In this document: piece after piece, positions 1 through 9,906 of the stretch
Layout of the letters: each line of letters opens with the position of its first letter
How positions within the stretch are numbered: position 1 is the stretch's first letter
NCBI GenBank assembly: GCA_902521485.1
Contig: CABYRQ010000002.1
Location: 6,659 to 70,658, forward strand
Source: an uncultured Alphaproteobacteria bacterium
Lineage (GTDB): Bacteria; Pseudomonadota; Alphaproteobacteria; HIMB59
DNA length: 64,000 bases
Direction of reading: 5' to 3'
Position numbers and translations under genes: made by a program
Notes under the pieces: model-generated
What the model saw: the letters and a program-made list of their open reading frames with translations, nothing else
What the model was told of the DNA's origin: nothing
Databases searched by the model: none

Positions 1-268
1 CATTAAAGTCCTCGTTCATTTTACAAGTATCAAAAATTTCATGTGTAGCGGTGTCTCTTGAGACTTTAAACCATTGTCTACATCCAGAAACATGATGCCA
101 TAGTTCTGAATGTTTTCCTCTTGGGTTATCTCTGTAGTAAACAAAATTATCCCAATCCTCGGTTGAAATTTCTTCTCCTAGTTGAGGTCTTTTTATAGTG
201 GCGTCTCCTCCATAAGAAAATTCATTTTGTGAGCGCTTGCCACAGTATGGGCATTTTATTTCTAACAT
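1..268 (-). CDS. soxD: Sarcosine oxidase-family delta subunit (SoxD/MgdB type), runs off the window edge
   Basis: Manual translation from ATG at 268: MLEIKCPYCGKRSQNEFSYGG...ELWHHVSGCRQWF, with the CPYCG and HxxGC zinc motifs; starts 3 nt after the soxB stop; no stop inside the window, so absent from the ORF track. Confidence 0.9.
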   Translation of the reverse strand, partial: MLEIKCPYCGKRSQNEFSYGGDATIKRPQLGEEISTEDWDNFVYYRDNPRGKHSELWHHVSGCRQWFKVSRDTATHEIFDTCKMNEDFN

Positions 269-271
269 CTA

Positions 272-1528
272 TTAACCGATCCAAGGTTTAGGGCCTACAC
301 CCTTTTCATCTATAATTTTTCCAGTATGGAATCTTTCAAGGTTAAAGTCTGAGTTGAGTTCATGTACTTGATCTTGTGCTATTGTATGCGCAAAAACAAA
401 ACCTGAGCTGGGAGTAGCTTTAAAGCCACCGTAACACCAACCGCAATTAAGATATACACCCTCAATATGAGTTTTATCGATTATTGGAGAACCATCCATG
501 GACATATCCATAATACCTCCCCAAGTTCGAAGCATTTTGAGTCTACTAAAGTTTGGGAAGACAGCCAATCCACCTGTTAAAACATGCTGTATCATTGGCA
601 TATTTCCTCTTTGAGCATAGCTGTTGTAACCATCTAAATCACCACCCATAACCATTTCACCTTTGTCAGATTGACTACAATAAAAGTGACCTGCTCCGAA
701 TGTAACAACGTTATGAAGTAAAGGTTTAACTGGTTCTGAGACACAAGCTTGCAGAACATGTGCTTCAATTGGAAGTCTCATATTTAACATGTCTGCTAAA
801 AGTGTAGTGCTTCCAGCAACACACAATCCAACTTTTTTAGTTTTAATATTTCCTCTTGATGTTTGAACACCTTCTATTTTTCCGTTGTTAACATCAAAAC
901 CTGTCACTTCACAATTTTGAATTATGTCGACACCCATGGAGTCTGCCTGTCTCGCATATCCCCAAGCAACTGCATCATGTCTTGCAGTTCCTCCACGTGG
1001 TTGCATTAAACCACCATGAATGGGAAAACGACATGTTTCTGAAAAATCTGCAAATGGGATCATCTTTTTTAAATCATCTCTTCCAAGAAGAATTGCATCA
1101 ATTCCATTTAATCTCATAGAGTTACCTCTTCTAGCGTAAGCATTCATTTGTGCATCAGAGTGAGCTAAGTTTATAATTCCTCTCGGTGAGTACATAACGT
1201 TGTAATTTAATTCTTGGCTTAGTGTTTCCCAAAGCTTCATGCCAAACTCATAAAAATGAGCGTTTGAATCAAACATATAGTTAGATCTCAAGATGGTAGT
1301 GTTTCTTCCAACATTACCTCCACCAATCCAACCCTTTTCAAGAATGGCAACGTTTGTGATGCCATGTTCTTTTGCAAGATAATAAGCTGTTGCAAGACCA
1401 TGACCACCGCCGCCTACAATTATGACATCGTATTCTTTTTTAGGCTCAGGGTCTTTCCAAGCTACCTCCCAATTTTCATGGTTGGTGAAAGCATTTTTAA
1501 CTAAACTAAAAACTGAGTACTTTTGCAT
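272..1528 (-). CDS. soxB: Sarcosine oxidase-family beta subunit (possibly N-methylglutamate dehydrogenase MgdA)
   Basis: GGGGHGLATAYYLAKEHGITNVA FAD motif, GGGNVGRNTT, ARHDAVAWGYAR, GWCYGGFKATP. Confidence 0.9.
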   Translation of the reverse strand: MQKYSVFSLVKNAFTNHENWEVAWKDPEPKKEYDVIIVGGGGHGLATAYYLAKEHGITNVAILEKGWIGGGNVGRNTTILRSNYMFDSNAHFYEFGMKLWETLSQELNYNVMYSPRGIINLAHSDAQMNAYARRGNSMRLNGIDAILLGRDDLKKMIPFADFSETCRFPIHGGLMQPRGGTARHDAVAWGYARQADSMGVDIIQNCEVTGFDVNNGKIEGVQTSRGNIKTKKVGLCVAGSTTLLADMLNMRLPIEAHVLQACVSEPVKPLLHNVVTFGAGHFYCSQSDKGEMVMGGDLDGYNSYAQRGNMPMIQHVLTGGLAVFPNFSRLKMLRTWGGIMDMSMDGSPIIDKTHIEGVYLNCGWCYGGFKATPSSGFVFAHTIAQDQVHELNSDFNLERFHTGKIIDEKGVGPKPWIG

Positions 1529-1583
1529 GATTCAATTAAACCTCTTCGAAAATATATATTCCTAATAAAATGCTACAATAAAC

Positions 1584-1605
1584 TTGTTCCATAATATGAA
1601 ACAAC
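1584..1605. promoter_or_regulatory. Palindromic operator candidate between divergent soxB and tmm
   Basis: TTGTTCCATA-A-TATGAAACAA (one mismatch); 18-mer TCCATAATATGAAACAAC repeated exactly at 10921-10938. Confidence 0.65.
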
Positions 1606-1701
1606 ATTTTTATTATCCCTGTATTTATTACAGAGTATGACAAAAAATGGATTGGAAATTAAAATTTAATTATTAATATTAATTCAAATCGGAGGAGAAT
1701 A

Positions 1702-3036
1702 ATGACAAAAGTTGCACTAATTGGTACAGGTCCCTGTGGACTATCCTTTTTAAGATCTCTGCATCAAGCGCAAAGCAAAGGCGAAAATATTCCTGAGGTT
1801 GTTGCCTTTGAAAAACAAGAAAGTTGGGGTGGTCTTTGGAATTATACTTGGAGAACCGGGTCTGATCAATATGGAGATCCAATTCACAATAGCATGTATA
1901 GATACCTTTGGTCGAATGGGCCAAAAGAGTGCCTTGAATTTGCAGATTATTCTTTTGATGAGCATTTCAAAAAACCAATTCCCTCCTTCCCTCCAAGAGC
2001 CGTCCTTCAAGATTACATTTTAGGTCGTGCAGAAAATTCAGATGTAAAAAAATACGTAAAGTTTAACACCACTGTTACCTCTGTTGCTGATAATGGTAAT
2101 GGATTTGATATTACATACCGAAATAAAAAAGACGATCAAACTAAAACTGAAAGTTTTGATAAATTAGTTGTTGCGACTGGTCACTTCTCTGTTCCCTACA
2201 TTCCTGAATATGAGGGAATGAATAGTTTTCCAGGGAGAATAATGCACTCTCATGATTTCAGAGACGCTGAAGAGTTTAGAGATAAAAACGTTGTCGTTCT
2301 CGGAAGTAGTTACTCTGCTGAAGATGTAGCTTTACAGTGCCATAAATATGGAGCTAAAACTGTTACTATTGGTTATAGAAACAATCCAATGGGTTTCAAT
2401 TGGCCTGAAGGCATGAAAGAAGTACATTACATGGATAAGATCGATGGAAACAAAGCAGTTTTTAAAGATGGCACAGTTCAAGAAATGGATGCCTTAATAC
2501 TATGTACAGGTTACTTGCATCATTTTCCTTTTTTACCAGAAGATCTAAAATTAAAAACTCATAACAGGCTGTATCCTCCAAACTTATACAAAGGAGTAGT
2601 ATGGCAAAATAATCAAAATTTGTTTTATCTTGGTATGCAAGATCAGTTTCATACTTTTAACATGTTTGATGCCCAAGCTTGGTATGTTAGAGACATAATA
2701 ATGAACAAAATAACTCTGCCTTCAGCTGATGAGTTAGCAAAGGATATTGATAACTGGGTTAAAAAGGAAGAGGCCCTAGAGGATGCCTATCAAATGATTG
2801 ATTTTCAAACAGATTATTGTGTGGATTTATGTTCTGCTGTTGACTACCCAAAAATTGACTTTGAGTTAATTCGCAAACATTTTTATGATTGGGAACACCA
2901 TAAGGAAGAAAATATCCTGACTTATAGAGATAAATCCTTTTCCTCGCCAGTCACTGGTACCACTGGTCCCTCACATCATACTACATGGTTGGATGCTATG
3001 GATGACTCTATGGCTACATATTTAGATACAAAATAA
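1702..3036 (+). CDS. tmm: Trimethylamine monooxygenase (bacterial flavin monooxygenase)
   Basis: GTGPCG FAD motif, GGLWNYTWRTG...HNSMYRYLWSNGPKECLEFADY, FPGRIMHSHDFR fingerprint, GSSYSAED; GGAGGAG RBS; tdm/tmo context. Confidence 0.93.
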   Translation: MTKVALIGTGPCGLSFLRSLHQAQSKGENIPEVVAFEKQESWGGLWNYTWRTGSDQYGDPIHNSMYRYLWSNGPKECLEFADYSFDEHFKKPIPSFPPRAVLQDYILGRAENSDVKKYVKFNTTVTSVADNGNGFDITYRNKKDDQTKTESFDKLVVATGHFSVPYIPEYEGMNSFPGRIMHSHDFRDAEEFRDKNVVVLGSSYSAEDVALQCHKYGAKTVTIGYRNNPMGFNWPEGMKEVHYMDKIDGNKAVFKDGTVQEMDALILCTGYLHHFPFLPEDLKLKTHNRLYPPNLYKGVVWQNNQNLFYLGMQDQFHTFNMFDAQAWYVRDIIMNKITLPSADELAKDIDNWVKKEEALEDAYQMIDFQTDYCVDLCSAVDYPKIDFELIRKHFYDWEHHKEENILTYRDKSFSSPVTGTTGPSHHTTWLDAMDDSMATYLDTK

Positions 3037-3043
3037 ATATTAT

Positions 3044-3217
3044 ATGTCCAATAATACTCTTAATTTTATTGGATGGGTTTTATTTATTATTTCTGCTGTA
3101 GGCTTTATAATATCAAGTATTGGTAGTTTCTGGGCTATGTTTGGAAGTCTTTTTTTCTTTGTAGCTTGTTTTGTTTTTCTAATACCATTCTTTAGAAAAG
3201 AAAAAAATAAAGATTAA
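3044..3217 (+). CDS. Small hydrophobic membrane protein (57 aa), not in the ORF track
   Basis: ATG 7 nt after the tmm stop; MSNNTLNFIGWVLFIISAVGFIISSIGSFWAMFGSLFFFVACFVFLIPFFRKEKNKD; two hydrophobic segments and a basic tail; fills the gap between genes. Confidence 0.7.
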   Translation: MSNNTLNFIGWVLFIISAVGFIISSIGSFWAMFGSLFFFVACFVFLIPFFRKEKNKD

Positions 3218-4383
3218 GGAATATTTTTGTCAATCCCCTTTGGGATTAGTTTATCTTTATCGTAAAATGGTAAATCAATTATTTTGCAGTCAGCTAAATT
3301 ATCATTAACAGACTCAACTTTAATTTGAAATTCTTTCCACTCACCAGGGTAGTCAAAACGTACATAGCCCACATACTTTTCTAAAGTAGGAGACCAAGTT
3401 GATGCTGAAAGATATCCAATTTTTTGTTCATTTGATGATAAATAAACTTTTGCTCTTGGAATAATTTCTTTATCAGTAGTTATACCAAATAATCTCTTTC
3501 CAAATTTTGTTGATAAAAATTCTAAAGCTTTTTTTCCAATAAAATTTTCTTTTTCCAAATCAACTAAAGAGCCTAATCCAATTTCATAAGGATTCATTGA
3601 AGAGTCAAAATCTGTGTTGTTATCTAGGATGCCTGCTTCAATTCTTCTTATATCCATTGATTCTAGACCATCAAATGTCATGCCCATCGGATATCCGATT
3701 TCACAAATAGTATCCCAAATTTTTTTATAATTAGTCTTATTTCCTAGAGTATAAATTTCGAAGCCTAATTCAGAAGTCCATCCTGTTCTAGAGACATATA
3801 CATTTTGATCAGCTATTTTTGAATAGCCTGAATGATAATATTTAAAATCGTCGTTTATTTCTCCATTTGTCAGCTTTGAAATTATATCTTTAGAAATTGG
3901 GCCTTGAATTTGTATCACTCGAGAATTAGGGTCAGTTATAGTAACTTCATAGTTTTTTTGATGAGCTTTTAACCAAGTTTCAAGGGGTCCATCAGGTTGT
4001 ACGTACCAAAATTTATTTTGCTCTAATCTAAAAAGTACACCGTCTATAAATATTCCGCCATTTTCATAACAGGCAATTGCATATTTACCCCTGCCTACTT
4101 TCATATCTTTAATTTTGCGACAGAATATTTTATCAAGAAATTCCTCTGACTTTGGTCCCTCTATTTGAATAGGTTTTTCAGGTACATCATACATGACAGC
4201 TTTTCTTCTCAAATTCCAGTAACTATCTTTGATTTTATTTCCAACAGATATTGGAAAATAGCGATCAGCGTATACACCATAAGAATTTTCTTCTTTATGA
4301 TAAAATTCAAAAAAAGGTCCTTTATCAAACCTGTTATCACTAATTGGTAAAGTTGAAGATTTATCTAAAAAAATTGAACTCAT
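3214..4383 (-). CDS. GcvT/DmdA-like THF-dependent aminomethyltransferase
   Basis: VSRTGWTSELGFEIY, RRIEAGILD, GGIFIDGVLFRL, terminal LPFYD; follows tdm. Confidence 0.85.
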   Translation of the reverse strand: MSSIFLDKSSTLPISDNRFDKGPFFEFYHKEENSYGVYADRYFPISVGNKIKDSYWNLRRKAVMYDVPEKPIQIEGPKSEEFLDKIFCRKIKDMKVGRGKYAIACYENGGIFIDGVLFRLEQNKFWYVQPDGPLETWLKAHQKNYEVTITDPNSRVIQIQGPISKDIISKLTNGEINDDFKYYHSGYSKIADQNVYVSRTGWTSELGFEIYTLGNKTNYKKIWDTICEIGYPMGMTFDGLESMDIRRIEAGILDNNTDFDSSMNPYEIGLGSLVDLEKENFIGKKALEFLSTKFGKRLFGITTDKEIIPRAKVYLSSNEQKIGYLSASTWSPTLEKYVGYVRFDYPGEWKEFQIKVESVNDNLADCKIIDLPFYDKDKLIPKGIDKNIP

Positions 4384-4399
4384 TTAAAAGATAAAAAAA

Positions 4400-6751
4400 T
4401 TAGGATTTAACTCTTGATTTTGTTGGATCATAAAATGGGAAAGGTACAACCTTAGCCTTTATTCTTTTTTGTTGACCGTCTAACTTACCTATTTCAACTT
4501 CAGTATTAAGCTCGCTGTATTTGACATTTATTTTACAAAGAGCAATATTTTTATTTAGCACAGGGGATTTCATACCACTTGTTATAATTCCAACTTGTTC
4601 TCTTCCATTATTTGAAGGATGAACACAGTCACCATGCCCGGTAGTTTCATTTCCCTCAATCTCAAGTCCAACTAGTTTTCTTTGAGGGTTTGCCTTTCTT
4701 TCAAGTAAAACTTCTTTACCAATAAAGTTATCTTCTTTTGATTTGAGAGGAACTGTAAAACCAATTCCCGCCTCAAACGGATCAGTTTGATCATCGAATT
4801 CATAATTTGCAAAAACTAAGCCAGCTTCAATTCTAACTAAATCCAAAGCGTCCAATCCCATAGGCACAATTCCAAACTCTTCTCCGGCTTTCATTACAGC
4901 ATCCCAAACTTCAGCTGCTTTACTCGGATGACAGAATATTTCATAACCTAGTTCACCTGTATATCCAGTTCTAGAAACCATTAAAGGAATTCCATCTAAA
5001 GTATCTAACCTAGCTATAGAAAACCTAAACCACTCTAAATCAGTCAATGATGTTTGATGAGGGGGTGTCCAGATTATCTTTTTTAATATTTCTCTACTCT
5101 TTGGCCCTTGAACAGAAACATTATGTAAATTATCAGTAGAAGATTTAATCCATACCTTTAAGTTATGTTCCTTTGCTTTTTCTCTTAACCATTCACCGCA
5201 ATACTCATCTCCACAAATCCACCTAAAATTATCATCCGTCATTTTGAATACTGTACCGTCATCAAGCATACCTCCATGCTCGTAGCACATCGCAGTGTAA
5301 ACAACTTGGCCAACAGATAGTTTTCTGATGTTTCTGGTGCAAGTCATTTGCAAAAGTTCTTCAGCGTCTGGACCTCTTACTTCAAACTTTCTTAGTGCTG
5401 ATAGATCCATAATGATAGCTCGCTCTCTGCAAGCTTCATATTCTTGGTGCGCCCCGTGATTGTTATAATTAGAAGCTAACCAGAAGCCTTTGTACTCAAC
5501 TATATTTTCAGTAAGTTTTGATACTCTTGGGTGAAAACCAGTTTCTTTAGTTAATTTAGGATCAGAGTCTGCTTTCATTCTAAATGCCATTCCTTTACTA
5601 AAAGGTCTATTCGGTCTATAGACTCTAACAAAAATGTCAGTAGGATTCCATCCATTAGCTGCATCTACATCGTCTGGACAGGCAGAGGAGACACAAACTA
5701 AATTTTTCAGGGCTTTAAACATCACATAGTCTCCTGGTCTAGACCATGGTTCATCAAAAATTAAAGCATTATTTGCATCAATGGCTGTGTTGTAAAATAA
5801 ATTTATAGCATTCCAACCTAGTCTTTTTCTCACAGTAAACTTATCTAATACATAATTGAAATTATCAGAGCAATTTGGATGACCAAAATAACCAATATCA
5901 TCATAAAATTTTGAAGTACATGCAGTACCAAACGTATCATGTCTTCCGACAGTGTCTCTGTAGACTTCAACCATGGGCATTTGATTTTCATCGTAATATT
6001 TAGAATGGAGACCTGGCATTGGAAAAGCACTTCCCATTAGATATCTACTATTAGTTGTATCTATTGAGAACTCTTGGCCTTTTTGAAGACTCTCTGAGTC
6101 GAATGCCATAAAGTCAGAACATTGTCTTCCATAAACATCAATTATCTGAATAAAATCTCCTTCTTTGACCTCATAGGCCATTGCGGTGTATCTTTTAACA
6201 AAGATTTCTTCAACAGGATCCATTAAAGGGTCTGGTAATAAAAATTCCCCCTCTTGACGTTTTTTATTTCTTTGAACAATTACTCGTAGTTCGGATGCAG
6301 GAATATTTTCATGTGTAATTTCACTTTCGCCTGGTGCAGAAATTATACAAACAATGGAGTCGTGTGTTTTTAACTCCTCAATTGAACCTGAAAGTGAATT
6401 TTGAGAAAATACTAAAATCGATTGATTAATAGACTCTACCTCATATCCAAGTTTTTTTAATTTAGTACGTGCTATTTTAGCTGACTCCTCCTCGCTCATA
6501 AGAATTTTTTTTGTTAATTGTCCGTTGTGTTCGTTATTGAGGCCTAATGCTGATAGATTACATTCTCTCTTTGAATTAAAGCATACAACCTCAGCCTGTT
6601 GATGGCCTTCTAAATTAATTATTTTAAATTTATCATCTGGTTCTAATTTTAATGTGAGAGAACCTCCGCCAGTTACCAAATAATTTTCTAAGTCGTCACC
6701 AAGAGCTGGTAATCCAGGTTCATAAGGTTGAGTAACTCTTGGGATGATCAT
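4400..6751 (-). CDS. tdm: Trimethylamine N-oxide demethylase (DUF1989 + GcvT domains)
   Basis: GRQCSDF, RHDTFGTAC, GHPNCSDNFN, SSACPDDVDAANGWNPTDI, then GcvT SRTGYTGELGYE; next to the tmo transporter. Confidence 0.92.
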   Translation of the reverse strand: MIIPRVTQPYEPGLPALGDDLENYLVTGGGSLTLKLEPDDKFKIINLEGHQQAEVVCFNSKRECNLSALGLNNEHNGQLTKKILMSEEESAKIARTKLKKLGYEVESINQSILVFSQNSLSGSIEELKTHDSIVCIISAPGESEITHENIPASELRVIVQRNKKRQEGEFLLPDPLMDPVEEIFVKRYTAMAYEVKEGDFIQIIDVYGRQCSDFMAFDSESLQKGQEFSIDTTNSRYLMGSAFPMPGLHSKYYDENQMPMVEVYRDTVGRHDTFGTACTSKFYDDIGYFGHPNCSDNFNYVLDKFTVRKRLGWNAINLFYNTAIDANNALIFDEPWSRPGDYVMFKALKNLVCVSSACPDDVDAANGWNPTDIFVRVYRPNRPFSKGMAFRMKADSDPKLTKETGFHPRVSKLTENIVEYKGFWLASNYNNHGAHQEYEACRERAIIMDLSALRKFEVRGPDAEELLQMTCTRNIRKLSVGQVVYTAMCYEHGGMLDDGTVFKMTDDNFRWICGDEYCGEWLREKAKEHNLKVWIKSSTDNLHNVSVQGPKSREILKKIIWTPPHQTSLTDLEWFRFSIARLDTLDGIPLMVSRTGYTGELGYEIFCHPSKAAEVWDAVMKAGEEFGIVPMGLDALDLVRIEAGLVFANYEFDDQTDPFEAGIGFTVPLKSKEDNFIGKEVLLERKANPQRKLVGLEIEGNETTGHGDCVHPSNNGREQVGIITSGMKSPVLNKNIALCKINVKYSELNTEVEIGKLDGQQKRIKAKVVPFPFYDPTKSRVKS

Positions 6752-6754
6752 TCT

Positions 6755-8830
6755 CTATGCTAATCCAAGAGCTTTTTTTCTTTCCTCTGCCCAATTTCTA
6801 ACAATAACATCTACACATATAGCTATAAGAGAGACAAATATTCCAAGTGTTAAAGCGACACCTGCACCATCTTTTGTTCTAGATAAAGCACCAAAAATAA
6901 TTTGTCCTAGATCTTCAGTTCCTATAAGGGCCCCTAAAATTACCATCTGAAGAGAGAAAACAACTGTTTGGTTGACTCCCAACATAACTGTTGGGAAAGC
7001 AATGGGTATTTCAATATTTGTCCATCTTTGAAAATCTGAAACTCCTGACATAGTTCCAGCCTCGTGAAGAGATAGTGGAACACTTTTTAAACCCCAAACC
7101 GTATATCTTGTTGCTGGAACAGTAGCATAAACAATAGCTGCGATTAGCACTGAAGTGTCAGTTATATTAAATAAGAATATAACTGGAATTAGGTAAACGA
7201 AAGAAGGGAATGTTTCAAAAAAATCGCAGAAAGATAATAGTATTCTTCCGCCTCTTTCAGTTCTACCAAATATTGAACCTAAAATAATTCCATTAAGTGA
7301 AGCCATAATTACGGCAAATGAGCCCATATACATTGTAATTAAAGCTCTGTCCCAATATTCAGATAACGCAATAAACAATAACATACCACCAACAATCAAA
7401 GCAGTTCTCGCATTACCTACAATATACGCTGCACCCATCGCTAGTGTAAATGTTGCAATAACTGGCATACCTAAGTAGGCATGTTTCATTGGTCCTAATA
7501 CTTGCGTTAGCAAAAACTTATTAAAAGAATTTAATGAGTAAAAAAATGTCTCCCAAACCCAGTCAACTGCACCATCAATATAATGAGCTATTGTTAAACC
7601 TTTTTCTATGGGAATAACATATAAGTAATTTATTTTATCAAAGTAACCACCAGATATAAAAGCAATGATTGAAAAAATGACGACAGAAATAGCAAAAATA
7701 ATTAATAATTTATATCTTTGGAAGAATGTTAAATTTTCAAAATAGTCTTTTTGTTTATCAGCCCAAGCTTTTGTAAATCTATCGAGGATAACCGCGATAA
7801 TAACAATACACAAACCTGCCTCTGCTGCTTTTCCAATCTTTAAACTGTTGAGTGCAATTTTTAAATTCAAACCTAAGCCTTTAGCTCCTACAAATGAAGC
7901 TATGACAACCATTGCTAGACATTGCATGATAACTGTATTTACACCATTAAGAATATCTCTTCTAGCTGCTGGAATTAAAACTTTAAAAAGTAATTGGGGT
8001 TTTGTACACCCACTCATTAAGCCTGCTTCAACAACTTCAGGAGAGATTCTTTTCAGTCCAAGAATTGTATTTCTTATCATAGGTGGAGTTGCAATAATAA
8101 TAGTAGCTATTGAACCGGCGTGATCTCCTAGTCCAAATAAAGCAATAATTGGAACTAAATATGCAAACTGAGGCATAGTCTGCATAACATTTAAAACTGG
8201 TTGTAAGGCAGTCTCGACTTTTTTATCAAGGTATCCCCAAATTCCAAAAGAAAGACCAAGAACGAAACAAATTGGCGTAGTAATCAATACAAATGACAAT
8301 GTTTGAATTGACGGAACGTAATTTCCAAATACCGAAATGTATAATGCACCGATACCCCCTAAAAGCCCAAGCCTGATACCATTCAGCTGGTATCCAAGAA
8401 GAAATGCACCCACAGTCGTTGCTGTCCAAGGCAATGCAGGCCAACTTAACCAATCATTTTCTTTTAGCCATGAGTCGCTTACAAATACGTCTATTATTTT
8501 GTCTCCACCTAATAAGAGTTCTCTTACGACAGTGATTAAAAAGAGCAAGCCTTGTGAAACAGCTTTAGTGAATTCTCTAAAAGCAGCTTTTTCTTCGTAC
8601 ATTTCAAAGACTGGATCCCAAACCTTTAATGGGAACCACTCATATAAAGCATTAAAGATTACGTTATTAATTGCTAATGGAATTCCTTTAAGGACTGATG
8701 GGAGTCTCCATAAATAATTATTTTCACTTTGTGGGATAAGAAAATAAAGAATAAGAAAAATAAATACAAGAATGCCAAATTGAGCTGGCTTAGAATTTCT
8801 TATAGTTTCTAAGTAGTTCTTATCCACCAA
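6755..8830 (-). CDS. tmoV: TMAO ABC transporter permease (two fused ProW-like domains)
   Basis: QTMPQFAYLVP and ETFPSFVYLIP repeats, two EAG loops, many TM segments. Confidence 0.85.
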   Translation of the reverse strand: MVDKNYLETIRNSKPAQFGILVFIFLILYFLIPQSENNYLWRLPSVLKGIPLAINNVIFNALYEWFPLKVWDPVFEMYEEKAAFREFTKAVSQGLLFLITVVRELLLGGDKIIDVFVSDSWLKENDWLSWPALPWTATTVGAFLLGYQLNGIRLGLLGGIGALYISVFGNYVPSIQTLSFVLITTPICFVLGLSFGIWGYLDKKVETALQPVLNVMQTMPQFAYLVPIIALFGLGDHAGSIATIIIATPPMIRNTILGLKRISPEVVEAGLMSGCTKPQLLFKVLIPAARRDILNGVNTVIMQCLAMVVIASFVGAKGLGLNLKIALNSLKIGKAAEAGLCIVIIAVILDRFTKAWADKQKDYFENLTFFQRYKLLIIFAISVVIFSIIAFISGGYFDKINYLYVIPIEKGLTIAHYIDGAVDWVWETFFYSLNSFNKFLLTQVLGPMKHAYLGMPVIATFTLAMGAAYIVGNARTALIVGGMLLFIALSEYWDRALITMYMGSFAVIMASLNGIILGSIFGRTERGGRILLSFCDFFETFPSFVYLIPVIFLFNITDTSVLIAAIVYATVPATRYTVWGLKSVPLSLHEAGTMSGVSDFQRWTNIEIPIAFPTVMLGVNQTVVFSLQMVILGALIGTEDLGQIIFGALSRTKDGAGVALTLGIFVSLIAICVDVIVRNWAEERKKALGLA

Positions 8831-9836
8831 ATAAAACTTTTATTACTTTTGAAGGGTTGATTGATCCAACTTCTGAACTATCTTTAGGATCTATAACTTT
8901 TATTATTTCTTTACTATTAAGAATTTTTTCAGCAACACTCTCTATAATGTCGTCTTTAGATACTTTTAAATTATCTGAAGCATTTGTGTCCTTAGGGTCC
9001 ATTATAGACTCTATTTTTAATACTTTTTCTCTAGGAACATCTTCTGTAAATTTTTTAACATAATCAGTTGCGGGGTTTAAAACAATATTACCTGGGGTAT
9101 CTAATTGTTCAATAATTCCATCTTTCATAATTGCAATTCGATCAGCTAATCTAAGAGCCTCATCAAAATCGTGAGTAACAAACATAATTGTTTTGTTAAG
9201 AACCCCTTGAAGTCTTAAAAATTCATCCTGCATTTCTTTTCGAATTAAAGGATCTAATGCTGAGAATGGTTCATCTAAAAACCATATGTCTGGCTCAACT
9301 GCCAGTGATCTAGCTATACCTACTCTTTGTTGCTGTCCACCAGATAACTCTCTTGGAAAGTAATTTTCTCTTCCTTTGAGCCCAACCAATTCGACCATTT
9401 CTAAAGCCTTGTACATACTATTTTCTGTGCTGACTCCTTTTACCTGCAAGGGGAAGGCAATATTTTCAATGACTGTTTTATGAGGAAGTAGGGCAAAATT
9501 TTGAAAAACCATTCCCATTTTCTCTCTTCTAAGCTCAACTAATTGTTTGTTGTTCATTAAGCAAATATCTTCACCGTCAACTAATATTTTACCTGCGGTT
9601 GCGTCAGTCAATCTTGAAATACATCTCAATAAGGTGGATTTTCCTGAGCCTGATAAGCCCATGACTACTAACATCTCTCCTTTTTCAACATCAAAAGAGG
9701 CATTATTTACACCCACTATACATCCTGCATCTTGAAATTGTTTAGCATCCACAGACCCATTAGAGTCTGCTAATAGCTTATTCGCATTGGCTCCAAAGAT
9801 CTTGTAGACAGAATCGCAACTAATAGTTGGTGACAT
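8820..9836 (-). CDS. tmoW: TMAO/betaine-family ABC ATPase
   Basis: GLSGSGKST, LSGGQQQRV, FLDEPFSALDPLIR, VTHD. Confidence 0.87.
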   Translation of the reverse strand: MSPTISCDSVYKIFGANANKLLADSNGSVDAKQFQDAGCIVGVNNASFDVEKGEMLVVMGLSGSGKSTLLRCISRLTDATAGKILVDGEDICLMNNKQLVELRREKMGMVFQNFALLPHKTVIENIAFPLQVKGVSTENSMYKALEMVELVGLKGRENYFPRELSGGQQQRVGIARSLAVEPDIWFLDEPFSALDPLIRKEMQDEFLRLQGVLNKTIMFVTHDFDEALRLADRIAIMKDGIIEQLDTPGNIVLNPATDYVKKFTEDVPREKVLKIESIMDPKDTNASDNLKVSKDDIIESVAEKILNSKEIIKVIDPKDSSEVGSINPSKVIKVLFGG

Positions 9837-9865
9837 AAGATTAACCTATCAAAAAAAATTAAAAG

Positions 9866-9895
9866 TAAAATCCTCCCATTTAAGGGAGGATTTTA
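9866..9895 (-). terminator. Stem-loop after tmoX (partial terminator or mRNA stabiliser)
   Basis: TAAAATCCTCCC-ATTTAA-GGGAGGATTTTA, a 12-bp inverted repeat 11 nt past the tmoX stop. Confidence 0.75.
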
Positions 9896-9906
9896 AAAAT
9901 ATTATA

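Noticed and set aside
1679-2023. Short ORFs overlapping tmm (1679-1924, 1750-2010, 1799-2023)
   Set aside because: Antisense or alternate-frame shadows of a well-supported gene, with no motifs
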